Source: Minisyncoccota bacterium
GTDB taxonomy: Bacteria; Patescibacteriota; Minisyncoccia; Phycocordibacterales; WO2-35-19
NCBI GenBank assembly: GCA_041664625.1
Contig: JBAYKK010000004.1
Coordinates: 2,343 to 66,342 of the forward strand
Direction: 5' to 3'
Length of the DNA: 64,000 nucleotides
Below, one piece after another: positions 46,264 through 56,504 of this stretch (positions are counted from its first letter, which is position 1; the number at the start of each line of letters is the position of its first letter). The position numbers were made by a program, and so were the translations under genes. The notes beneath the pieces were generated by a model. It did no database searches. It was not told where the DNA came from and worked only from the letters and a program-made list of their open reading frames with translations.

Positions 46264-48498
46264 CTACGCCAAAAGTTCCCAGGCGTTTTTGGGGTTTTTG
46301 TGTTTTTTGACTTTGGGCACAATATTTAGTTTTTCGAGTTCAAAAATTTCATCACGAAGCAGTGCCGCGGTTTCGAAGTCCAAAATTTTCACTGCCCCAT
46401 CCATCTGCTTTTCTTTTTGAGCGATAAGTTTTTTAAGTTTCTTTGGATCTTTAAGCAAAATGTTTTTATCTATTTTAATTAATTCATCCACAGCTTTGCC
46501 ATGTTCACTACGCAGTTGATCTGTAATATCTTGAATTTTTTTGATAATAGTTTTGGGTATGATTCCATGTTTAGTATTGTATGCGATCTGTATCGCCCTT
46601 CGACGATTGGTCTCACCTATCGCTCGCTCCATAGAACCTGTCATGGTGTCTGCATACAGGATAACTTTACCAAGTACATTGCGAGCGGCCCGACCGATAA
46701 TTTGGATGAGTGATGTGTCACTGCGCAAAAAACCTTCTTTGTCCGCATCCAAAATACCGATGAGCGTCACCTCTGGTAAATCCAAACCCTCTCGAAGCAA
46801 GTTCACTCCAACCAGACAATCAAACCCACCAAGCTTCGGGCCTTTGCGTAAGTTGGTCAAAATTTCGATTCGATCAATCGTCTTGATGTCACTGTGCAAA
46901 TACTCTGCCTTGATACCCTTTTCTTTCAAATACTCTGACAAATCTTCGGCCATTTTTTTGGTGAGTGTGGTGGCGATAACCCGGCCACCAGCTTTTATAT
47001 TTTTTTCCGCCTCGGCTATGAAATCGGCTATCTGACCAGGGTAGTTCTCTTCTTTTTTCATAACCCCCTCTTGCTTCGCCTTGCGGATGCTTGAAATCGC
47101 ATCCTCACCCCTTACCTTAAGGGGGGAATCAGAAAAACTAGACTCTATATTCTCGCGCCCCTCTCTTAATGTAAGAGAGGGGTTGGGGTGAGTTATTTTT
47201 TTTTCAGTAATCGGCCTGACTTCCACCACGGGATCAATAAGGCCGGTCGGACGGATCACTTGCTCTACCACCCGCTCACTGTGTTCACCTTCATAATGGC
47301 TAGGAGTAGCCGAAGTATAAATAACTTGACCGACTCGTTCTTCAAATTCTTTGAAAGTCAGCGGGCGATTGTCTTTGGCGCTAGGCAATCTAAAACCAAA
47401 ATCTACCAGCGATTGCTTACGCGAAGCATCTCCCGCATACATCGCACCAATCTGAGGAACAGAAACATGTGATTCATCTATTATAGTCAAAAAATCTGGT
47501 TCACCATTTTCTTTATGTGGAAAATATGAAAGTAGTGTGTCTGGCGCTTCACCGGCCTTTTTACCAGAAAAATGCCTAGAATAATTTTCGATGCCGTTGC
47601 AATAACCCATTTCGCGTATCAAAGCCAGGTCGTAAGTGGTGCGTCTTTTGAGTCTCTCGGCTTCCAAAAGTTTGCCAGCCTTTTCTAATTCTTTGAGTCT
47701 AGAAGCCAACTCAGCTTTGATGGTTTTGAAAGCTTTGGCGCTTTGCTCTTTGGTAGAAATGAAATGTTTGGCCGGAAAAAGGAAAAATACTGAAACTTCT
47801 TCAATGATAGCTCGCGTGATCGCTTCTATTTTTAAAATATTTTTTATTACCCCTTCATTGATCTCGATTCTGAAAATAATTTTTTCTGAAACCGGCATGA
47901 TTTCTATCATATTACCAATGACTCTGAATTGACCCGGATTCAAATCGGCGTTGGTGCGTTCAAAATGAATATCAATGAGCTTACGCAAAAAATCGCTTCG
48001 AGAAATTTTTTGGCCTTTTTCTACTTTCAAATTTACTTTTTCATATTCAACTGGAGACCCCAAACCATAAATACAAGAAACCGAGGCCACGATAATCACG
48101 TCTTTACGAGTGAGCAAAGCTTGAGTAGAAGCATGACGCAATCTTTCTATTTCTTCATTTATCATTGCCTCCTTTTCTATATATGTATCAGAGACCGGCA
48201 TATAGGCTTCCGGTTGATAGTAATCATAATATGAGACGAAATAATGCACCGCGTTTTCGGGGAAAAATTCACGATATTCTTGAGCTAGTTGAGCCGCCAA
48301 AGTTTTGTTATGAGCGATGACCAAAGTTGGTTTGTTTATTTTTTCAATAACATTGGCCACTGTGAAAGTTTTGCCACTACCTGTCACGCCCAAAAGAGTC
48401 TGATGCTTCAGACCTTGTTTGATACCGTCTACCAACTTATTTATGGCCTGCGGTTGATCCCCCGCCGGCTCAAAATCTTTTTTAATCTTAAAATTCAT
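46264..48498 (-). CDS. uvrB: Excinuclease ABC subunit B
   Basis: PAGDQP, GVTGSGKT, YYDYYQPEAY, DESH, QIIGRAAR; start moved to MNFKIK, downstream of tRNA-Ser. Confidence 0.97.
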   Translation of the reverse strand: MNFKIKKDFEPAGDQPQAINKLVDGIKQGLKHQTLLGVTGSGKTFTVANVIEKINKPTLVIAHNKTLAAQLAQEYREFFPENAVHYFVSYYDYYQPEAYMPVSDTYIEKEAMINEEIERLRHASTQALLTRKDVIIVASVSCIYGLGSPVEYEKVNLKVEKGQKISRSDFLRKLIDIHFERTNADLNPGQFRVIGNMIEIMPVSEKIIFRIEINEGVIKNILKIEAITRAIIEEVSVFFLFPAKHFISTKEQSAKAFKTIKAELASRLKELEKAGKLLEAERLKRRTTYDLALIREMGYCNGIENYSRHFSGKKAGEAPDTLLSYFPHKENGEPDFLTIIDESHVSVPQIGAMYAGDASRKQSLVDFGFRLPSAKDNRPLTFKEFEERVGQVIYTSATPSHYEGEHSERVVEQVIRPTGLIDPVVEVRPITEKKITHPNPSLTLREGRENIESSFSDSPLKVRGEDAISSIRKAKQEGVMKKEENYPGQIADFIAEAEKNIKAGGRVIATTLTKKMAEDLSEYLKEKGIKAEYLHSDIKTIDRIEILTNLRKGPKLGGFDCLVGVNLLREGLDLPEVTLIGILDADKEGFLRSDTSLIQIIGRAARNVLGKVILYADTMTGSMERAIGETNRRRAIQIAYNTKHGIIPKTIIKKIQDITDQLRSEHGKAVDELIKIDKNILLKDPKKLKKLIAQKEKQMDGAVKILDFETAALLRDEIFELEKLNIVPKVKKHKNPKNAWELLA
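47058..47199. repeat. Composite palindromic in-frame insertion in uvrB
   Basis: Hairpins cccctctcttaatgtaagagagggg, ccccttaccttaagggg and ggatgc..gcatcc; about 47 extra residues. Confidence 0.8.
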
Positions 48499-48501
48499 AT
48501 G

Positions 48502-48588
48502 CGGAAGTGGGAGGATTCGAACCCCCGATCCGCTTTCACGGATGCCGGTTTTCGAAACCGGTGCCTTCAACCACTCAGCCACACTTCC
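48502..48588 (-). tRNA. tRNA-Ser(CGA)
   Basis: Minus strand ggaagtg/cacttcc; ccggt-ttCGAaa-accgg; long variable arm. Confidence 0.95.
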
Positions 48589-48705
48589 ATAAATCTACTC
48601 CGCCAGTCTAACATTTTTTGCATTATTATCAAAAAATGTTATATTAATTTTGGCCTAAATCAACTTCGTTGATCGGCCGAACATTTTGCTTTGCAAAACG
48701 TTTTA

Positions 48706-48777
48706 GGCCCCATCGTCTAACGGTTAGGACACTGCCTTTTCAAGGCAGGAATCAGAGTTCGATTCTCTGTGGGGTCA
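48706..48777 (+). tRNA. tRNA-Glu(TTC), probable integration site of island 2
   Basis: ggcccca/tggggtc; ctgcc-ttTTCaa-ggcag; gttcgatt. Confidence 0.95.
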
Positions 48778-48895
48778 CATTCAAGGCCGACGCGGAGACA
48801 TCGTTGTTTTGCAACGTATTTCGTCGACCAACATCAAAATCTAAGCCGACCCGAAGTGTCAGTTTTGCATCATTGATTTTTTATTTTAAGATTAT

Positions 48896-50197
48896 TTAAG
48901 AATCTTTTTCTATCAACTTCTTCCCTTTCAATACTAGGTTGCTTTTTACACACGAGAGGATTTCTCTCTGCTCGTAGACATTGCCTTCCTTAAGCAGATA
49001 TTTGGCGTAATTTCGAATATCAATGTCTCGCTTTTTGGTGATCACTTCTTTTTCAATCCCCAATACTCCATTTTGAAACCTTGCATACCTTTCAATTTCT
49101 TTGGACATCTTTTCCTTAAGTCCGATTTTATCCATATCCACTTTGTCTATAATTTCTAGAGCTTGCGATACTAAGATTGTCTCGCTAACAGGCTCATTTT
49201 TACAGTCAATGTTTTTGGATTTTGTACACCTATAATATACATGTCGATTCATGCCCCCATCTTTTAACTTTTTCCACTTTTCTTCGGCAGTTATACCCGA
49301 ACCGCATACCCCACAATGAATGATTTTGGTAAAGGCGAATTCTTTACCTTTGTATCCGGTTTTATATGTTTCTTCGTTTAGCTTTTCCTGCGTTTTTTCA
49401 AAAAGTTCTTTGCTAATTATGGGGGTATGTTTCCCGGTATACCAACTCCCGCTTCCTTTTGGATACTCAAATACTCCATAGTAGAAGCTGAGCCGAAGTA
49501 ATCGGTATATGTTTCCTACGGTCAATCCTTTGCCATATCTCGTGGTAAAATGGACATCTTCTTTTAGCCATTTAAATATTCTTCTGCCACTCAATCCTTC
49601 ATTGGCTACTTTTTCAAACATTTGCTTGATTATAGGAGCTCGGCTCGGATCTACGATAATCTCACATTTTCTGTCGGTTCTTTTTTCATTTGAATATCCT
49701 GTAGGTGCTATGCACGGCCAGAGTCCCATCTCAACTCTGGTCCGCAGACCTCTTTTTACATTTTGACTTTTGTTGTCGTTTTCAAGTTTTGCCTGACTAC
49801 CCAAAATCATTAGGAGGAATTTTTCATTCGGATTGTTTGTAAATTTCTGTCCGTAAGTCCGAATTTCAACTAGCACTTTTTGATCCATAAGATCAACTAA
49901 TGCACCTAAGTCCCCGGCATTTCTGCTCAATCTATCCGGTGCCCAAGTGAGTATGCAATTGAAAAGTCCAGATTTAAGGTCGGCTAAAATTGTATTAAAC
50001 ACAGGCCTCTGGCCGTTAGCTTTAGCAGAGTGGCTTTCTTTTCGAACCTCTGTGATATTTAGTCCATCTTTCTCCGCAATCCTCATCATTTCTTTTATCT
50101 GAGAATCTATTGAAAGAGCTTGCATTTCATCTTGCTCGGTACTTTTCCTCGCATAGAGGCAGTACCGTAGAGTCTCTTGTGGTTTGCTATTTTCCAT
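48896..50197 (-). CDS. Large serine recombinase
   Basis: YCLYARKSTE..Q..SIDSQ, WAPDRLSRNAGDLG, CGVCG..YYRC; close paralog of 8940-10259. Confidence 0.95.
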   Translation of the reverse strand: MENSKPQETLRYCLYARKSTEQDEMQALSIDSQIKEMMRIAEKDGLNITEVRKESHSAKANGQRPVFNTILADLKSGLFNCILTWAPDRLSRNAGDLGALVDLMDQKVLVEIRTYGQKFTNNPNEKFLLMILGSQAKLENDNKSQNVKRGLRTRVEMGLWPCIAPTGYSNEKRTDRKCEIIVDPSRAPIIKQMFEKVANEGLSGRRIFKWLKEDVHFTTRYGKGLTVGNIYRLLRLSFYYGVFEYPKGSGSWYTGKHTPIISKELFEKTQEKLNEETYKTGYKGKEFAFTKIIHCGVCGSGITAEEKWKKLKDGGMNRHVYYRCTKSKNIDCKNEPVSETILVSQALEIIDKVDMDKIGLKEKMSKEIERYARFQNGVLGIEKEVITKKRDIDIRNYAKYLLKEGNVYEQREILSCVKSNLVLKGKKLIEKDS

Positions 50198-50317
50198 ACC
50201 TTAAGGAATGACGCTTAAAGGTTTTAAGTCCAGCCCGAAGGAGACAAGCTGTTGGTAAATCGACTTCTTTAAATCTTCCAAAATCTAGCTAAAAGTGGTA
50301 TGGTTTATTAATAAATT

Positions 50318-51478
50318 ATGGCAAACAAAAATCTTACGAATGCAAAACGGGCAAAAAATGACGAGTTTTATACTCAGTATAGTGATATTCAAAAAGAGAT
50401 TGGAGCGTATTTGGAATACAACCCAGTTGTATTTCGAGATAAGGTGGTATATTGCAATTGTGATGATCCGTTCGAGAGTAATTTTTTTCGCTACTTTGTT
50501 CTCAATTTCAATAAGCTTAACTTGAAACAACTTATCACTACCAGTTATAAACCATCACCGATTGCTAATACAGAACTTGTATTGCAACCATCCCTTCTTC
50601 CTGATTATAAAGATATGGTTGTGAAAAAACTAACAGTACCAAAGGGTAGACCGAAGGTAACTGCTAACAAATTTATTATCAACGAAGTGCGCGACATAGA
50701 CGGCAACGGTGAGTTCAACTTGAAAGACGTTGCTAAGCAGTTAAAAGCAAACAAACATAATGAATGGGCACCTCTTGAAGGTGACGGTGATTTTCGTAGT
50801 GATGAATCTATAAATTTATTAAAACAATCCGACATCGTAGTGACTAATCCACCGTTCAGTTTGTTTCGCGAATATATAAAACAGCTTGTTGAACACAACA
50901 AAAAGTTTTTAATTATCGGTAATATGAATGCTATCACCTATAAAGAAGTGTTCCCATTGCTCAAAGATAATAAAGTTTGGTTGGGCAACAATTACAAAGT
51001 TAATGCTGGTGCCATGTTTTTTGAAATTCCAGAGGCAATTGCTAACTTGGAGCAAGTTCGTGAAATTAAAACAAATGAAAGTGGCAAGAAAGTTTATATT
51101 ACCAGAGTTCAAGGGGTTCGCTGGTTCACCAACCTTGATCATGGTCGCCGTCATCAGCCATTACCTCTTATGACCGAAGCAGAAGTTATAAAATTTGTAA
51201 CAAAAAAACCTTTTGAAAAATATGACAATTATAATGCGATAGATGTATCTCTAGTTAAAAATATTCCGAGTGATTATAGTGGTGTAATGGGAGTGCCGAT
51301 GAGTGTATTTGATAAACATTCCCCTGAACAGTTCGAGATTTTAGGAAGTGATTATAATGTTAAAGAAGGATTGCTTCCAAAATTAGTTAATCCAAAATGG
51401 AAAGGCAAGTTAGATAGAGGATATGTAAATGGCAAAAGATTTTATACTCGAATATTTATTAAACATAATAAGGAATAA
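50318..51478 (+). CDS. Adenine-specific DNA methyltransferase, EcoRI family
   Basis: [34 protein letters not shown]. Confidence 0.9.
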   Translation: MANKNLTNAKRAKNDEFYTQYSDIQKEIGAYLEYNPVVFRDKVVYCNCDDPFESNFFRYFVLNFNKLNLKQLITTSYKPSPIANTELVLQPSLLPDYKDMVVKKLTVPKGRPKVTANKFIINEVRDIDGNGEFNLKDVAKQLKANKHNEWAPLEGDGDFRSDESINLLKQSDIVVTNPPFSLFREYIKQLVEHNKKFLIIGNMNAITYKEVFPLLKDNKVWLGNNYKVNAGAMFFEIPEAIANLEQVREIKTNESGKKVYITRVQGVRWFTNLDHGRRHQPLPLMTEAEVIKFVTKKPFEKYDNYNAIDVSLVKNIPSDYSGVMGVPMSVFDKHSPEQFEILGSDYNVKEGLLPKLVNPKWKGKLDRGYVNGKRFYTRIFIKHNKE

Positions 51479-51479
51479 C

Positions 51480-52646
51480 ATGAAGACAGTTTTAAAAACT
51501 AATATAACTATTCAAGAAATTTGCAACGGATTTGTCTATAACGAACTTGAGGGTAAGGGTTTGTTTGGTCTCTCGGGCAAACTCACGATTCAGCCAGAAT
51601 ATCAGCGCAACTATATCTATTCATCCGATGGCGGCAAAAGAGAAATCGCTGTAATTGAATCAGTCCTAAAAGGCTATCCAATAGGTTTGATTTATTTCAA
51701 TAAGATTTCCGATGATAGTTTAGAGGTTTTGGACGGACAGCAACGCATCACAAGTCTCGGACGATTTATTACCGATAAATTTGCTATCAAAGATGAAAAC
51801 GGGATGCAATATTTTGGCACAATGGCAAAAGATAAGAAAGATAAAATTTTGGAAACAAAACTTCTTATTTATGAATGTGAAGGGACAGAAAGCCAAATAA
51901 AAGAGTGGTTTAAGACTATAAATATTGCCGGGGTTCCGCTTGTTCCTCAAGAATTACTAAACGCGATCTATTCCGGACCATTTGTTACATTGAGCAAAGA
52001 GGAGTTTAGCAACAGCCAAAATGCCAATATTCAAAAATGGGGTGCCTACATAAAAGGAAGCGCAAACAGACAAGCGTTTTTTGAGAGAGCGTTAGATTGG
52101 GTGAGTAAAGGAAATATTGATGATTATATGAGCAGTCATCGCAATGATAAAAATATTAATGAGTTAAAAAAATATTTTAATAATGTGATTGATTGGGTTT
52201 CTAGTGTATTCACTGATGTAGAAGATGAAATGTGTGGGCTTGAATGGGGACGATTTTATGAGCAGTATAACAAGAAATCCTATGACCCTAAGAAGGTCTC
52301 AGCTGAAATGCGTAAACTCTATGGCGATCCATACATCAAAAACCGCAAAGGTATTTTTGAATTTATTTTAGGTGGTTCTATTGATACGAAATTACTTGAA
52401 GTTCGTGTTTTTGATGATGCAATTAAAAAATCGGTTTATGCAACACAAACCGCTAAAGCAGAAAAAAGTGGTATATCAAATTGTTCTTATTGCGCCATTG
52501 GACATGACGTAAATAAAGCGAAAATTTGGAGTTTGAGCGATATGGACGCCGACCATGTTTCAGCTTGGAGTAAGGGCGGGGCTACTTCAGCGAAGAATTG
52601 TGAGATGTTGTGTAAAACCCACAATCGGGCAAAAGGTAATCGATAA
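51480..52646 (+). CDS. DUF262 + HNH endonuclease (GmrSD-like), probable partner of the methylase
   Basis: QPEYQR, LDGQQR, F..IN; C-terminal C..C, DADH..WSKGG.T..NC.MLC..HN..K. Confidence 0.88.
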   Translation: MKTVLKTNITIQEICNGFVYNELEGKGLFGLSGKLTIQPEYQRNYIYSSDGGKREIAVIESVLKGYPIGLIYFNKISDDSLEVLDGQQRITSLGRFITDKFAIKDENGMQYFGTMAKDKKDKILETKLLIYECEGTESQIKEWFKTINIAGVPLVPQELLNAIYSGPFVTLSKEEFSNSQNANIQKWGAYIKGSANRQAFFERALDWVSKGNIDDYMSSHRNDKNINELKKYFNNVIDWVSSVFTDVEDEMCGLEWGRFYEQYNKKSYDPKKVSAEMRKLYGDPYIKNRKGIFEFILGGSIDTKLLEVRVFDDAIKKSVYATQTAKAEKSGISNCSYCAIGHDVNKAKIWSLSDMDADHVSAWSKGGATSAKNCEMLCKTHNRAKGNR

Positions 52647-52679
52647 GAAGCCATACTAATCGGAAAAATAAATATTAAA

Positions 52680-53399
52680 ATGACTACCACCGAAGAATTA
52701 CAAAAACAAATAAATGAGCTTCTGAGTCAAATTAATTCTTTACAAAAACAATTCGGATTTCCTGTATCTTCTGGCTTGGGAATAGATACAGAAAAAGAAT
52801 TATTAGAGAAAAAAGCTGAATTTTTATCTAATGAGTTGGAAAAAATAGGCGAAATTCTTTCTAATCTTACTGCTGGAACAGGGATTTTGTTAACCATTGC
52901 AGGCATATTATCCTTCCTTCCCCAATTTATGATAAATAATGGAGAATACCTTGCAAACTTTTTGTTTTGGACGTTCTGGCTTCTTCCTTTATCCATTATC
53001 ACTTACTACCCGTCTTCTCTAAGAATTTCTTCGATAATTAAAGGCCAGCCCTTTGCTTCTACTGGTTCTAGTATGGAATTGGAAATTTTAAAAAATAGAG
53101 CTCAATATCTTGAATTAATATGGAAGAGATCTGTAGAAAATCATGATTCGGTAATATTCTGGAACAGACTAACTAAAAGTTTTATATATACATATATTGT
53201 ATCTCTAGTTTTGAATTTTTATGTTTTTGTTTTTTATGGAAAACCGAGTTTGTTGGTTTCAATAGTATTACTCTTCATATCCTGCTTAACAGCAACAATG
53301 CTACTTGTTTCTCAAAAAGCTAAATCTGAAAAGAATAGGGTCATCGGCGATACAAAAATCGATATAAACGCTGTTGGTGGCGCACCATCAGATACATAA
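52680..53399 (+). CDS. Hypothetical four-TM protein
   Basis: N-terminal coiled coil and two pairs of hydrophobic helices. Confidence 0.7.
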   Translation: MTTTEELQKQINELLSQINSLQKQFGFPVSSGLGIDTEKELLEKKAEFLSNELEKIGEILSNLTAGTGILLTIAGILSFLPQFMINNGEYLANFLFWTFWLLPLSIITYYPSSLRISSIIKGQPFASTGSSMELEILKNRAQYLELIWKRSVENHDSVIFWNRLTKSFIYTYIVSLVLNFYVFVFYGKPSLLVSIVLLFISCLTATMLLVSQKAKSEKNRVIGDTKIDINAVGGAPSDT

Positions 53400-53453
53400 C
53401 ATGCCCAAAAGATATCAGAAAATAATATATGAATTTAATAAAAAATATATAAG

Positions 53454-54143
53454 ATGAGCTACTATCGTAAACCATATTATCATCATCGTTATTACAAAAA
53501 CAAAAGCAAAGGGCCTGATTTGTTTGATATGTTAGCTGATATTATTTTTTTCCTCGGCGTAATTTTTGGAAAGTTTATCTTTTGGATTTTTAAAAAGATT
53601 TTTAGCAATAAAAATAAAACCAAAGGGTTATTCAAATTAAATGCAGAGCCAACAGAAAATTCAGAGGAGGACGTACAAATTCAAGAGAAACTTAATAAAT
53701 TCGTTCAATCTCCTTATGCCAAAAATGAACAAGAATCACCAAAAGAAAATGCTAGAAAATACTCTTTAAAAGAAAGTCAGATCACAGAAGCGGAAAAATG
53801 TTTTTTTGAAATTTTAAAAGAAGTGGTCGGCAATAATTATAGGATTGAACCCCAAGTTCAACTGTCCAGTATAGTGAGGCCAATAGATTCTAATAATAGA
53901 TATACTAATTATACAGACTTCAATAGGATAAAGGCTAAGTCTATTGATTTTGTTTTGTTTGATGATAAAAATAAGCCTTGGTTGGCAATTGAGCTTGATG
54001 ACCGCTCTCATTTTAAATGGGAGAGGATGAGGCGAGACCAATTTGTTAATGATTTGATGACTGAGGTTGGTTTGCGTATTATTCATGTACCGTTCTCATA
54101 TTCATATGATAGTGAAAAATTAAGAAAACAAATTTTTGTTTAA
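53454..54143 (+). CDS. DUF2726 domain protein
   Basis: T.AE..FF, PQV.L..I, SIDFVL.D, AIELDD.SH...RD. Confidence 0.85.
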   Translation: MSYYRKPYYHHRYYKNKSKGPDLFDMLADIIFFLGVIFGKFIFWIFKKIFSNKNKTKGLFKLNAEPTENSEEDVQIQEKLNKFVQSPYAKNEQESPKENARKYSLKESQITEAEKCFFEILKEVVGNNYRIEPQVQLSSIVRPIDSNNRYTNYTDFNRIKAKSIDFVLFDDKNKPWLAIELDDRSHFKWERMRRDQFVNDLMTEVGLRIIHVPFSYSYDSEKLRKQIFV

Positions 54144-54153
54144 TAAAAAAGTT

Positions 54154-54954
54154 ATGTTCATACCAAAAAAAATTCTTTATGCTATCGGCGGGGTCGTGAT
54201 ATTAATTGTCGTTTTCTTAATTGGAGTCTCGTCTGGAAATAAAAGTGAAAATTTAATATCAGAGCAAACTGCAGCAGTGGTAAAGTCAGATACAGTTAAC
54301 ACCAATATTGCTCCCAAATCGGGCGAGTTGGTCAAAGTGGTCAGAGTAGTAGATGGCGACACCATTAATGTTGAAATAAACGGTAAAATTGAGCCAGTGC
54401 GTTATATCGGCATTGATACTCCGGAAACAGTTGATCCGAGGAAGCCAGTGCAATGCTTTGGGGTGGAAGCATCAAAGAAAAATAAAGAATTAGTAGAAGG
54501 TAAAATGGTGAGATTAGAAACTGATATCACTGATCGCGATAAATACAATCGACTACTTCGTTATATTTGGCTTGATGACACTCTTATAAATCAGGTGTTG
54601 GTTGAACAAGGATATGCCAAATCATACTCATACCCTCCAGATGTTAAGTACCAAGATAAATTTGTGGCAGCCGAAAAACAAGCTAGAGAAAATAAATTGG
54701 GTCTTTGGACAGCTTGTACTTCAGAAACAACCACAACAACAGTTCCATCAACAACACAAACATCTTCATCTGCTTCCGATCCTTCCTGCACCATTAAAGG
54801 TAATATAAGCTCTTCGGGAGAAAAAATTTACCACATGCAAGGATGTGGTTCGTATGCAAAGACTGTCATTGACGAAAGTCGTGGAGAAAAATGGTTCTGT
54901 ACCGAAGCCGAGGCTCAATCTGCCGGTTGGAGAAAAGCTTTAAATTGTAATTAA
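54154..54954 (+). CDS. Membrane-anchored thermonuclease, copy 2
   Basis: Paralog of 13779-14579, same length. Confidence 0.92.
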   Translation: MFIPKKILYAIGGVVILIVVFLIGVSSGNKSENLISEQTAAVVKSDTVNTNIAPKSGELVKVVRVVDGDTINVEINGKIEPVRYIGIDTPETVDPRKPVQCFGVEASKKNKELVEGKMVRLETDITDRDKYNRLLRYIWLDDTLINQVLVEQGYAKSYSYPPDVKYQDKFVAAEKQARENKLGLWTACTSETTTTTVPSTTQTSSSASDPSCTIKGNISSSGEKIYHMQGCGSYAKTVIDESRGEKWFCTEAEAQSAGWRKALNCN

Positions 54955-54962
54955 AATATAAA

Positions 54963-55952
54963 ATGGAACGAGAAAACAACAAAAACAAAGAACGTCTCTG
55001 GGCTACGATTGCTGGTATCGTCATTGCCGTATTGGCTGCGTTTTCGTATTTAATATTTTTCCAATCATCTGAATCGCAAGCGGAATCAGAGAGATTTGTG
55101 ATGCCTCTAAAATCGGATCAAACTGCTTCCGGTTTACTCAAATCCCAAGAATTTATAAAAAATAATTTTGGTTTTTGGATAGCAAGTTTACTGAGAGGTC
55201 TGGGAGGTGTTGAACCTGGCGGTTATAAAATTTCAAAATCAATGACCGCTTGGCAAATCGCCGAAGTTTTGAAGCAAGAGCCATATATGAAATGGGTAGT
55301 AATTCCCGAAGGATTGAGAAAAGAAGAAATTGCCGATTTGCTTACCACCACTCTCGGTTGGTCAGAAAAAGAAAAGAGCGATTGGATAAATACGTACACT
55401 GCTATGGATTTTGATCATACAGAGGGTGTATATTTCCCTGATACATATCTCATTCCTGTGGACGAAGATCCGCTTGATGTTGCAAAAAGACTACGAGCCA
55501 AGTTTGAAGAAAAATTTGCACCATACGCCAAAGAGGCCGTAGCCCAAAACATCAAATGGACCACGCTTCTCAAAATCGCTTCCATTATTCAAAGAGAAGC
55601 TAACGGACACGAAGACATGCCTTTAGTTGCAGGTATTCTTTGGAATAGATTGCTTAAAGATATGAGATTGGAGGTAGATGCAACTTTGCAATATGCCAGG
55701 GGTGATAAGGGAGATGGTTGGTGGGCATCCATTACAACGGCTGAAAAGCAAATTGAATCACCTTACAATACTTACAAAAATACAGGTCTGCCTCTACACC
55801 CGATCTCCAACCCTGGACTTTCGGCCATTGAAGCCGCTCTACATCCGGCTTCTACTACTTGCCTATATTACCTCCATGACAACTCTGGAGAAATTCATTG
55901 CTCTGATAGTTATGAAGGACATGAGACTAATATTGATAAATACTTAAAATAA
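54963..55952 (+). CDS. mltG: Endolytic transglycosylase MltG, copy 2
   Basis: Paralog of 14588-15577, same length. Confidence 0.92.
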   Translation: MERENNKNKERLWATIAGIVIAVLAAFSYLIFFQSSESQAESERFVMPLKSDQTASGLLKSQEFIKNNFGFWIASLLRGLGGVEPGGYKISKSMTAWQIAEVLKQEPYMKWVVIPEGLRKEEIADLLTTTLGWSEKEKSDWINTYTAMDFDHTEGVYFPDTYLIPVDEDPLDVAKRLRAKFEEKFAPYAKEAVAQNIKWTTLLKIASIIQREANGHEDMPLVAGILWNRLLKDMRLEVDATLQYARGDKGDGWWASITTAEKQIESPYNTYKNTGLPLHPISNPGLSAIEAALHPASTTCLYYLHDNSGEIHCSDSYEGHETNIDKYLK

Positions 55953-55955
55953 AAA

Positions 55956-56501
55956 ATGATAACGGAAGAATTTAAAATAGGGTTTTGGCACCCATTTGGT
56001 CCACATGGAGGAGAAACACCGGAAGAAATTATAAAAAGGAAACAAAATGAAATAGATAAAAATGGTTGGACATTATGGTCATTTCAGTCAAGAAATACAT
56101 TAAAAAAATGGTTTGAAAAAATTGAAGAGATGAAACCAGATAAAGTGTTTGTTTTTTGTTCCGAAGGAAAAGGTTCTAAAGAGCCTGTAGGTGAAATAAA
56201 AAATTGTAGTTTGTATACTCCAATAAATGGACTCAAGTCAAAAGAAATTCCTCATGAAATTAAGATTCCTCATCCTATGGGTAAAAAATTAAAAGGTTCT
56301 GCTTTTATTGTAAAAAATATAATATATCCAGCAAGTTATGAGGATTCAATTTATGCGGAATGGTTAAAGGATGACAAATGGCAAGCAACAAAAGTTCCAA
56401 CGAGACCGGAATATTTAATAAAATCAGGGTCTGGCAATAAAATTAGAAAATTCCGTGCGGTTTTAGAATTAAAATATCCATATCTTGCAGAGATTTCATA
56501 A
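55956..56501 (+). CDS. Hypothetical protein
   Basis: 181-aa ORF starting 3 nt after the mltG stop. Confidence 0.75.
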   Translation: MITEEFKIGFWHPFGPHGGETPEEIIKRKQNEIDKNGWTLWSFQSRNTLKKWFEKIEEMKPDKVFVFCSEGKGSKEPVGEIKNCSLYTPINGLKSKEIPHEIKIPHPMGKKLKGSAFIVKNIIYPASYEDSIYAEWLKDDKWQATKVPTRPEYLIKSGSGNKIRKFRAVLELKYPYLAEIS

Positions 56502-56504
56502 ATT

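Noticed and set aside
48499-48582. N-terminal extension of uvrB (MAEWLKAP...)
   Set aside because: It is the translated tRNA-Ser gene
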